DNA of 64,000 nt from Neocallimastix sp. 'constans' (GCA_050613775.1 JBODTK010000132.1:1-64000), one strand, 5' to 3'; shown: positions 46,794 to 56,322, counted from the first letter of the stretch. Program-made: numbers and translations. Notes: generated from the sequence alone by a model not told the origin.

Positions 46794-48769
46794 ACAAAAT
46801 AAAATTATAATAACATATATATATAAAAAAAATTTTTTTTTTATTGAAAAATACCTATCTTATCCCTTTAATAATATAACCCACCATCATCATTATCATC
46901 ATTAATATAAATAAATTATTTTGGTTTTATAATTTTTAAATATATATATATTTTTTTAAACAACAACTAAAAAAATTATATTATAATAATATTGTATTAA
47001 TTTATTCTTATCAATCCTTATCTTATTTAAATTAAATATATGATATCACTTTAAAAAAAAATATATTAATTATTATAATTATTTCTTATACAGTTATTAA
47101 TAAGAAATCATCAACAATTTTTTTTTATTATTACATAAAACAATTATAGAATTATATATTATAAAAAAAAAAGGAAAAATGAAATGGAATAGAAAAATTA
47201 ATATACTATTTGAGGCATAGTAAACAATTATACTATTCTAATAATTTTTTTCTTTAAAAAAAAAAAAAAAAAAGAGTTTTTTTTTTTTATTATAAAATAA
47301 TTTTAAATATATTATAAAGTTTTTTTTTTATTTTTATTTTTATCCATTCCGATGAAGATTAGAGAAAAAAAAAAAAAAGAAGAAAATGATAGATAATAGA
47401 ACGTAGAACAAACATATTTATGCAGAAACAGGAAAAATTTTGATATTTTTAAAACAGATTTAGCAAAAAGAAAAAAAAAAATTATAATTAGAAAATACAG
47501 GTGTAAAGAAGTTTTTTTTATTAAGAAAAGAAAGTGAAGATAAAAAAAAAAAAAAAAATAGAAAAGAATAATGACAAATCATAATTTATTATAAAAGGTT
47601 AATATTTATTTATAATTTATTTAATAATAATATAGCAAATATATCATAATTAATAGAATGAAATTTATTTTATTTAAAAAAAAAAAAAAAAAAAAAAGAC
47701 TATCGGTAATTTATTTTAATAATTAAAAAAAAAAAAAAATAAGAATTTAATTTAATTTAATATAAATGTATATATATACCAAATAGTAGATTTAGAGTAG
47801 CATTTATAAATAGTTTTTTGTATATATCACAATTAACGATATTCTAAATTTACTTAAAGTAAATAACATATATACATATCTATCACAAAATAATAAATTT
47901 TTTTAATTAAATTTTATAATAATTTATTAAATTGAAATTAATAATGATTATAATAATAAAAATAAAAAAATAAATAAAAAAAAAAAATAAAAAAAATAAA
48001 AAAAAAAAAAAAGAGAAAAAGAAAAAAAAAAAAGTAAAGTTTTAGAAAAAATAAAATATAATATATATATAAATAAATAAAAGAAAAAATAATAATAAAA
48101 AAAAATAAATATAATAATCATTAATGTAAAGTTTTAATTAAAATATTTATATATATTGTATTATTTTTTTTTCTCTTCTTACTTTTTTTTTTTTTTTTTT
48201 TTTTCCCCTTTTTTGTTTGAGATCTTTATAAGTAAAAGAAAATTAATCTATCATTGAATTTTTTTTTTTTTTTTTTTTTTGTAAAAAAAAAAAAAAAAGT
48301 AGAAAAAAAAAAAAAAAAAAAAAAAAAAACTAAATAAAATTTAAAATATATTATATACATATATCAATATTAATTTTAATATTTTTGATAAATATTAAGA
48401 ATATTGATATTTTGAAGTAGAATAAAATAAAAAAATAAATATAAATAAAAATAAAATAATTAAAATAAAATAAAATATAATATAAAAAAAAAAAAATAAT
48501 ATCATAATGAAAATGAAATAAATAAAATAAATATTATTAATTTAATATTAAATATTACTAATTTAATAAATGGATAATAAATCTACCAGAACAGAAAAAG
48601 AAAAAGAAAAAGAAAATAATATATATTTTAAAGAAATATTTTTAATGTTTATTAAAATATATATTTAATATTTTATATATAGATAATAATAAAAAAAATT
48701 TTAAAAGACAATTTTTATTAAATAAAGAAAAAATTTTTGAAAAAAAAAAAAAATATATATATATATATA

Positions 48770-48953
48770 TGTGAAATGAGATAAATATCAAATATAAGAA
48801 TTAATATTTAATATATTTAACCAATAGAATTAATTATCTAAATGTATAAAATAAGCATTATGTATTTTTTAATTTTTATTTTACTTAACACTTTTATAAA
48901 TAAATAAATACGAAAATATAATATGAATTGTTAATCTTTCATCTGAGTTAATA
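48770..48953 (+). repeat. 5' LTR (184 bp, TGTG...AATA)
   Basis: Base-by-base identical to 54457-54640 by eye. Identity stops exactly where the PBS begins. Confidence 0.95.
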
Positions 48954-48967
48954 GATTAAGAGTCTCA
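48954..48967 (+). promoter_or_regulatory. Primer-binding site complementary to the tRNA-Lys(CUU) anticodon arm
   Basis: GATTAAGAGTCTCA abuts the 5' LTR. Its reverse complement TGAGACTCTTAATC is the conserved anticodon stem-loop of eukaryotic tRNA-Lys(CTT). There is no TGG-type PBS matching a tRNA CCA end. Confidence 0.82.
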
Positions 48968-49286
48968 ATCTCCTCAGATTGAGCTATAACAAAAGATAAA
49001 TATTTATATTTTTTTATTTTTTTTTTTTTTTTTGGATCATATAAACAATGATATTTTTTTTGTCATAAATGTTCAAAAGTTTTACTCTTATATAAATCTT
49101 AAACATATAACTTAAACAAAAACTATAACTCAACCTAATGTGTTCAAAATAAGAAATATATTTCAATGATATTAATTTTTTTCAAGAAATCTTACAACAT
49201 AATGTGATATTAAATTTAGATGAATTAAAAATTAAATAAACAAATACAAATATCATTTATAATAAAATATAAATAAAAATAATAGC

Positions 49287-49483
49287 AAAAATATTTTGAG
49301 CTGAGTAAAGTCAGCAAAATGAACAAAAATACTTTGAGCTGAGTAAAGTCAGCCAAATGGTTAAAATATTTTGAGCTGAGTAAAGTCAGCCAAATGGTTA
49401 AAAATACTCTGAGCTGAATAAAGTCAGCCAAATGAATAATAATATTTTGAGCTGAGTAAAGTCAGCCAAATAATCTGAGCTGA
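49287..49483 (+). repeat. Tandem array of five hairpin units of about 38 bp (plus a partial unit) in the retrotransposon leader
   Basis: Core TGAGCTGAGTAAAGTCAGC starts at 49297, 49335, 49372, 49410 (one G>A change) and 49448. A partial TGAGCTGA lies at 49476. Confidence 0.93.
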
Positions 49484-49956
49484 TTACATAAATATAAATA
49501 TAAAAAAAATAATAAAAAATAAAAATAAGAATAAAAAAAAAATTTTTTTTATCAAAGAAATCATTCAATCAAATGAATAACAAAATATAATCATCCTATT
49601 TGACAAAACTAAAGATCAAAATAAAATTTCAATGAATCAAAAATAAACAATTTAAACAATGAAAATAATATAAATAACCAATCGCAAAAATCAACATTTA
49701 ATAATCAGATGATATCTTTAACTAAAATATACCCAATAAAGCAGGACAAAATCAGTATTCGGCATATTAAAATAATATAAACAATTCAATATAAACCCCC
49801 AATCATAAACCATTCTTTAATCAAAATTTAAATTAAAAATATAAATATAAATAGAACAAATAATAAAATAAAAGAATTATTCTATAACAATATTAAATTT
49901 ATATTACGAAATACAACTAATCCCTTAAATAAAGCAGTATTAACAATCAAAATAAT

Positions 49957-50520
49957 ATGACAAGACAAGGAAATATTAATCAACCTATTGTGATTAACGA
50001 TCCCCAAACAAAGGGTATCACTTTCAGTTACTCTGAAAATTTCAATAGAGTAATTGATCTCACTCCAGAAAATTACAACAGCTGGAGAACTAGTATCCTT
50101 TACTTATTAATGATAAATAACCTTGAAGGATACGTTGTTTCTGAAAAGGTAAAGAAGATAAGAAAAAGGAATGTTAAAGATGACCTCAGTGATTACATGG
50201 AAGATAAGTTCGATAATAATTTAGTGTATGATAAAGACACCAACCTTCTAGACATTAAAAATGATGTCATGGTAAAATGGATCATCATTAATAGTTTAGG
50301 AGAGGAAACTAGGAAAATAATCGAGGGACAAGGGAAAACAGCTTTCCAAACATGGAAAATCTTAGAACATTCCTTCACAAGAAGTCCAGAACGAAGAAAA
50401 TTAGAAATACAAAATAAAATAAACAATCTAAAATACAATGAAGATCAAGACATAAATATCTTTATGGCAAAACTACAAAATGCCATAGAAGAGCTTGAAA
50501 AATCTAGATCACGATATTAG
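49957..50520 (+). CDS. gag: Copia Gag, N-terminal part (ends at a +1 frameshift)
   Basis: LTPENYNSWRTSILYLL resembles the copia gag N-terminal motif, followed by TAFQTWKILE and INNLKYNEDQDINIFMAKLQ (UBN2-like capsid region). The domain continues in the next frame. Confidence 0.85.
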   Translation: MTRQGNINQPIVINDPQTKGITFSYSENFNRVIDLTPENYNSWRTSILYLLMINNLEGYVVSEKVKKIRKRNVKDDLSDYMEDKFDNNLVYDKDTNLLDIKNDVMVKWIIINSLGEETRKIIEGQGKTAFQTWKILEHSFTRSPERRKLEIQNKINNLKYNEDQDINIFMAKLQNAIEELEKSRSRY

Positions 50521-53500
50521 TGATAATATAAAAGCTGGAATACTCAACAGATCTCTACCCGAAAACCTAAGATTTATAAACGTTTTCCAATATAAAGATG
50601 ATTGGAATAAACTATGTTCCTACATTAAAAATGTCATTCCTGACATTATATTCTCGAACATGAAGGAATCAATAAAACAAGAAGGATCCGATAAACAGAT
50701 ATTCCATATTGAACAGAAAACTAGATTTCGTACTAATAGCAAAAAACACAATGTCAAAAGAAAATCAAATAACGGAAAATGTCATACCTGTGGAAAATTC
50801 GGTCACTTTTCAAGGGACTGTTGGCACAATAACAAACTTAAGAACAAGCATAAAAATTACTTTAAATTCAAAAAACAACACTATAAAAATACCAGAAATA
50901 ACCAGTTTAAAAACAAAACATTTAGAAATACAAATAAACAAATAAACTATGTTAGTTCAAATGATAAAAACCATAATTCTGGTATTTTTTCAGAAGATTA
51001 CAATTTAGAAAATGACGTTTTATTAAACTGTATCACAACTAAAATACAAAATGATTCGAAAACAAAACTTGAACAAAACAATAAAATTTCGTCTTGGATT
51101 TTAGATTCTGGAGCTTCATTACATATCACTAATTCCATCAGTTCCCTCAAAAATTTAAAGTATTGCAATGAAAATATTGTACTCCCAAATGGTAACATAG
51201 TCACATCACATAAATGTGGTGATTTCATTGGATATTTAAATAATAATAAAGTTGTATTAAGAAACGTCCATTTTGTACCACACATAACTAAAAATATAAT
51301 TTCAGTTACTAAACTCATCCAACAATATTATAAGGTCATTTTCTTTAATAACAAAAATCATTTATGTGCAACCATCTATGATCAATATGGAAGCAGAATA
51401 ATTAATCTATTTTCAAACGAACAAAATACTTTCATTATTTGGTTATCAACCAATCCCATAATTTATAATAAACCAATTAATACACCTATACATCTATTTC
51501 ACTTATCAAGACTATCTATCCCCGATAAAATAAAATTATGGCATAGGAGATTAGGGCATTTTTATATTAATCCCATCAAAAACAAATTATTAAAAATTGA
51601 TATTAAATCAAAATGTCCTATTTGTTCTAATTCAAAATTAAAAAATTTTCCATATAAAAGATCTATAAATAAATCTAAATCCATTTTCGAATTAATCCAC
51701 ATGGACCTTGTTGGGCCAGTCAATGAATCAATTCATGGAAGTAAGTATTTCCTCTCAATTCTAGATGATTTTTCACGTTATGGATGGGTCCTCTTTCTCG
51801 ACAACAAAAGTGAAACGTTCGATAAATTTCACTCTTGGTATAAAGAAATCAATAATATTTTCAATAAATCTATATCTTTTATTCGTACCGATAATGGAAC
51901 GGAATTCAACAATAGAAAATTCAAAACATTCTGTACCAATAATGGGATTGTTCAACAATTTACTATCCCATATTCTCCCCAACAAAATGGTCGTGCGGAA
52001 CGCTTTAATGGTATCCTTATAAATTCTGCTAAAGCCTTATTAAATGAGGCTCAATTAAGTCACGAATTCTGGGAATATGCTGTTGATACAGCTAACTATA
52101 TACATAATAGAATACCACACTCTGGTATCCATAACAAAATACCTTACGAAATTTTATTTAAATCAAAAGTTGATTATTCTCACTTTAAGGTTTTTGGATG
52201 TCGCGTATTTTTCCACGTTCCAAAATCTTTTCGAAATAAATTTGACAATAATGCTTTACCAGGCATTTTCCTGGGTTATCATCCGTATTCTTCAGCTTAT
52301 AAAATTCTTAATTTGTCTTCTAATAAAATTATTCTTTCCCGCTCTGTTGAATTTTTTGAAAATAACCCTGGCAATTCTAAAATCACTTCTTCCATCCCCA
52401 AGGATTTCTACTATTTTATTCCCAATTCCGAAATCAGGGGGAGCGATTTACTCAGTAATAATGATTCCAAAAGATTCAACCATTATAACTTTTTTAACAA
52501 TAACAATAACAATAACAATAACAATAACAATAACAATAACAATAACAATAACAATAACAATAACAATAACAATAACAATAACAATAACAATAACAATAAC
52601 AATAACAATAACAATAACAATAACAATAACAATAACAATAACAATAACAATAACAATAACAATAACAATAACAATAACAATAACAATAACAATAATAATA
52701 ATAATAACAATAACAATAACAATAATAATAACAATAACAATAACAATAACAATACAAATAACGAAGTAATAAATGCAATATACAACAATTCAATAAATGA
52801 CAAAAGACCAAAACTAACAAATCACAAATCATCTACACCAAAAACTCACAATAATACAAACTTAAAAGAACCAAAAGATTTTTATGACATATTCAATCTA
52901 CCAGATAAGGATGAATGGTTGGATGCCGTTAACAAAGAACTAGAAAATATGGAACAACTTAACGTGTTCAAACCAATAAAATCCATTCCAAAGGGAGTAA
53001 ACATAGTTTCCTGTAAATGGGTTTTCAAATATAAGCGGGATTTCAACGGAAATATCCTTGTACGCAAAGCACGTTTAGTCGCAAGGGGATTCACACAAAA
53101 GTTTGGTATAGACTACTTACTTACCTTCTCGCCTACTTTAAAACATGATTCACTGCGAATAATTATAGCAATCGCAGTACAGAAAAACTTTAAAATTTTT
53201 CAATTAGACATTAATGCAGCATACCTAAATGCCGACTTGAGCGAAGACATTTATATGAGGCCACCTCAAGGTCACCCATTATACAACAAAGTTTATTTTA
53301 AATTAAACAAAGCCTTATATGGTTTAAAGCAAGCCGGCAGGGAATGGAACGAAAAATTGGACTCTACACTATTAGAAATGAAATTTAGAAGATTGAATAG
53401 TGAACCTTGTATCTATGTGAAGGAAAATAAATTGAAGGAAATAATATGTATTCTTACGGTATATGTTGATGATATACTTTTAATAGGCAAGGAAAATGTA

Positions 53501-54391
53501 ATAATAAATATTAAGGAACAAATTAAAATGAATTATAACATTAAATATATAGGTGAAGTAGATTTCGTCATTGGGATAAAATTTGAAAGACAAAGTGATG
53601 GTTATATTATACATCAAAGAGGATATCTTAGAGAATTACTAAATAAGTTTAGACTGACTAATTGCGCACCTGTAAGAAATATGAAGCCATTGGAAAATAA
53701 GGAATTAAGAAACAAAAAATTTAATGAAACCTTTTACAGAAGTGCCATTGGGAACCTCCTATACCTTGCAATTTGTACAAGACCAGACATATTATTTTCA
53801 GTAAATCAAGCAGCAAGAAAAAGCAAAAATCCTACTATGGAGGACTGGATTAACGTAGAAAAGATTTTCAAATACCTAAAGGGTACTGAAAATTATGGAA
53901 TTAAATTCTCAAAGAATAGCTCATTAAAAATATTTGTGGACGCCGATTATGCTGGAGACATTGATACAAGAAAATCAACCTCCGGTTTTCTGATGATGAT
54001 GGGAGATGCACCTACTAGCTGGTATTCCAAACTACAACATTGCGTTGCAACTTCAACGGCAGAATCAGAATACTATAGCGTAAGCGAATGCGCTAAGCAT
54101 AGTCTTTGGTATATGAACCTTTTAAATGAGCTAAATATCAATCTTAACTATGTAATAATAAATGTTGATAATAAGGCAACAATATATAATTGTCAGAATC
54201 ATTCTATTAATGCGAAATCAAAACATATTGATATAAAATATCATCATATAAGAGATCTTGTTAAAAAGGATAAAATAAGATTAAAATACATAAAATCAGA
54301 GAATAATCTAGCCGATGGGTTCACTAAATATCTGAATAATTCATTAATGGATAAATTTAGAAATACACTTCTCGAAAGAATTAAAGATTAA
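50495..54391 (+). CDS. pol: Copia Gag C-terminus and Pol polyprotein (zinc knuckle, protease, integrase, RT, RNase H)
   Basis: CHTCGKFGHFSRDC (50780-50821), WILDSGAS, LWHRRLGH..CPIC, integrase HMDLVGP/RTDNGTEF/NGRAER, RT KARLVARGF/KALYGLKQAGREW/YVDD, RNase H FVDADYAG/STAESEY/KHIDIKYH/NLADGFTK. The frame is open. The listed TTG start is probably not a real start codon. Confidence 0.96.
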   Translation: MKNLDHDISDNIKAGILNRSLPENLRFINVFQYKDDWNKLCSYIKNVIPDIIFSNMKESIKQEGSDKQIFHIEQKTRFRTNSKKHNVKRKSNNGKCHTCGKFGHFSRDCWHNNKLKNKHKNYFKFKKQHYKNTRNNQFKNKTFRNTNKQINYVSSNDKNHNSGIFSEDYNLENDVLLNCITTKIQNDSKTKLEQNNKISSWILDSGASLHITNSISSLKNLKYCNENIVLPNGNIVTSHKCGDFIGYLNNNKVVLRNVHFVPHITKNIISVTKLIQQYYKVIFFNNKNHLCATIYDQYGSRIINLFSNEQNTFIIWLSTNPIIYNKPINTPIHLFHLSRLSIPDKIKLWHRRLGHFYINPIKNKLLKIDIKSKCPICSNSKLKNFPYKRSINKSKSIFELIHMDLVGPVNESIHGSKYFLSILDDFSRYGWVLFLDNKSETFDKFHSWYKEINNIFNKSISFIRTDNGTEFNNRKFKTFCTNNGIVQQFTIPYSPQQNGRAERFNGILINSAKALLNEAQLSHEFWEYAVDTANYIHNRIPHSGIHNKIPYEILFKSKVDYSHFKVFGCRVFFHVPKSFRNKFDNNALPGIFLGYHPYSSAYKILNLSSNKIILSRSVEFFENNPGNSKITSSIPKDFYYFIPNSEIRGSDLLSNNDSKRFNHYNFFNNNNNNNNNNNNNNNNNNNNNNNNNNNNNNNNNNNNNNNNNNNNNNNNNNNNNNNNNNNNNNNNNNNNNNNNNNNNNNNNNNNNNNTNNEVINAIYNNSINDKRPKLTNHKSSTPKTHNNTNLKEPKDFYDIFNLPDKDEWLDAVNKELENMEQLNVFKPIKSIPKGVNIVSCKWVFKYKRDFNGNILVRKARLVARGFTQKFGIDYLLTFSPTLKHDSLRIIIAIAVQKNFKIFQLDINAAYLNADLSEDIYMRPPQGHPLYNKVYFKLNKALYGLKQAGREWNEKLDSTLLEMKFRRLNSEPCIYVKENKLKEIICILTVYVDDILLIGKENVIINIKEQIKMNYNIKYIGEVDFVIGIKFERQSDGYIIHQRGYLRELLNKFRLTNCAPVRNMKPLENKELRNKKFNETFYRSAIGNLLYLAICTRPDILFSVNQAARKSKNPTMEDWINVEKIFKYLKGTENYGIKFSKNSSLKIFVDADYAGDIDTRKSTSGFLMMMGDAPTSWYSKLQHCVATSTAESEYYSVSECAKHSLWYMNLLNELNINLNYVIINVDNKATIYNCQNHSINAKSKHIDIKYHHIRDLVKKDKIRLKYIKSENNLADGFTKYLNNSLMDKFRNTLLERIKD
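52436..52443 (+). promoter_or_regulatory. Candidate central polypurine tract
   Basis: AGGGGGAG, identical to the last 8 nt of the 3' PPT, located just after the integrase C-terminal domain. Confidence 0.55.
52496..52753 (+). repeat. In-frame (AACAAT)n microsatellite encoding about 86 consecutive Asn
   Basis: 258 bp of alternating AAC/AAT codons in the integrase-RT linker, with the reading frame preserved. Confidence 0.95.
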
Positions 54392-54447
54392 AGGGTAATA
54401 CATCAGAAAAGCAAATCTAATTTTTACTACATGTAGAAATTAGATTT

Positions 54448-54456
54448 GAGGGGGAG
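54448..54456 (+). promoter_or_regulatory. 3' polypurine tract
   Basis: GAGGGGGAG immediately precedes the TGTG start of the 3' LTR, the typical copia arrangement. Confidence 0.93.
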
Positions 54457-54640
54457 TGTGAAATGAGATAAATATCAAATATAAGAATTAATATTTAATA
54501 TATTTAACCAATAGAATTAATTATCTAAATGTATAAAATAAGCATTATGTATTTTTTAATTTTTATTTTACTTAACACTTTTATAAATAAATAAATACGA
54601 AAATATAATATGAATTGTTAATCTTTCATCTGAGTTAATA
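54457..54640 (+). repeat. 3' LTR (184 bp)
   Basis: Identical to 48770-48953 and followed by (AT)n. Confidence 0.95.
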
Positions 54641-54810
54641 ATATATATATATATATATATAAAATAACAATTTATGTAAAAAAGAAATTTGTAAAGTGTT
54701 AATTTTCTTTTTATTACTTTATATATATATATTTATTTATTTATTACTTTATATATATAATACTTAATTTCCTATTAAAGTAAATTGTAAAAAGTCAATT
54801 TCTTTTATTT

Positions 54811-54845
<35 letters not shown>

Positions 54846-54989
54846 CAAATTTCTTATATACATAAATTATAAAGTGTTAATTTCTAATATATATATATAT
54901 ATATATTTATTACTTTATATATATATAATACTCAATTTCCTATTAAGTAAATTGTTAAATGCTAGTTTTTTTTTTTATATAATATAATA

Positions 54990-55023
<34 letters not shown>

Positions 55024-55501
55024 TTTAATGACATATATGACAAATATAGGAGATAGGGTGTGATAAACTGAAAGGAATAAAAAAAAAAAATAAAAAAAGT
55101 GTTATGGTAGACTATTTTACTGATGATATTGTTTTTTTTTTTTTTTTTTTTTATTGGCCCACCCCCTCCTACCTTACATCCTCTCTTCGAAAAAATCTTT
55201 TTTTAAAAGCTTGGTATGAACCATCCTACCAAACAATTAATCAATGTGACATATATTGGAATACCTTTCAAGTGAATCATTGGATTTTAGGAGGCAGTTA
55301 TTGTTAAAAAGTTATACAGTAAAATAAAATAAAATAATACGGTTCATAGTAATAAAAAAAGTACGGTATACTTTTTAAAACTTTGTATTCTAGTTTCCTT
55401 TCGTCCTTAGTTCACTTCTTGACTCTGTCCCTTTTTACTAAATTTAATAATAATAAATAATAAATAATAAAAAATAATAATAAATAATAAATAGTAGTAG
55501 A

Positions 55502-56322
55502 ATGGGTAGAGTTTAAGAAGATTGTCCCAAGACTTGCCCCTGTTGTGGAGAAGGTAATCATTCTTTTGAGCATTGAATTTTTAAATGCGATGCTCTTGCA
55601 TCTTTTAGATGGAATTCTTTAAATTTCATCGATGATCTCTTATGTTTTATTCATTAGGAAGATTAGAGCGTTTAATTCCTCTTTCTTTCTATGACTCTAT
55701 TTCTGATTTTGAAGATTATTTCAATCATTATATATACTTGTTCCTTCTTGGTGGGACTTTAGTTTTAAATGTTCTACATTTCGATAGTGGGGAACAGAGA
55801 CAATTAAATGAACTACTTCTCAAAGGTTCATCTGAGTCACCTGTTCCAAAAAAATTATGGAACTTGGCAGAATTCTTAACAAGGGCAATACCTATCATAA
55901 GTAGTTCGTTTGAGCTCTCATTTGACAGGTATTTCAAATTACCAAACTTAACTAAGAGCGTCGACTTCTTACTGATAAGGCATAATGGATAATACAGGAT
56001 CATCATCTATTTCTACGAAGGGTGAATCTCGCCCTAGTAGTTCAATAAATGATGAATCCCTGGGGAGAGTTTAATGGACACCACACTATCTATTTTAAAG
56101 ATGTTACTTCTAGGTTTTATTTCTTTTTTATTTGTTAGGAAGGGAAAAATTCCCGCATAGTACAACTTACTGAAATACATAGTATTTTCGAGCTTTTTTA
56201 TTTTTTTATTTTTTATTTTTAATTTCGAATGTACTTTTCACCTACATGTATTTTTTAAAATAAAATTTAATAAAGTTTTGGAAGTGTATCTCTTCCTTGT
56301 CTAAAAAAAAAAAAAAAAAAAA
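55502..56322 (+). mobile_element. Decayed 3' fragment of a non-LTR (LINE) retrotransposon
   Basis: The frame from 55502 reads CPKTCPCCGEGNHSFEH*IFKC, a CCHC zinc finger typical of LINE ORF2 C-termini, with TGA probably replacing TGG. The frameshifted ORF 55642-55992 (..LFLLGG..LAEFLTRAIP..) follows, then a GC-richer 3' UTR and an A20 tail at 56303-56322. Confidence 0.65.

Larger units (their letters stand above)
48770..54640 (+). mobile_element. Full-length Ty1/copia LTR retrotransposon (5871 bp), very recent insertion
   Basis: Two identical 184-bp LTRs, a PBS and a PPT. Domain order is gag-zinc knuckle-protease-integrase-RT-RNase H. ATATA flanks both ends (48765-48769 and 54641-54645) within a (TA)n tract. 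Confidence 0.97.

Noticed and set aside
48937..48941. Canonical CA end for the LTR at ...TTTCA
   Set aside because: LTR-LTR identity continues 12 nt further (TCTGAGTTAATA), and the PBS begins right after that.
49287..49483. CRISPR-like array (hairpin repeats with spacers)
   Set aside because: The linkers are only about 19 nt and similar to each other. There are no cas genes, and the array lies inside a eukaryotic retrotransposon leader.
52077..52832. Poly-IT, poly-L and poly-YC ORFs overlapping pol
   Set aside because: They are alternative-frame and antisense readings of the (AACAAT)n tract.
54690..54960. Local diverged duplications (also near 6350-6430, 31381-31500, 43580-43790 and 60300-60730)
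   Set aside because: They are two-copy AT-rich duplications with no termini or coding signal, consistent with ordinary slippage.
55571..55579. RIP-type mutation inferred from TGG>TGA stops in the relics
   Set aside because: There are too few sites, and the implied context is not the classical CpA. Alignment to a consensus would be needed.
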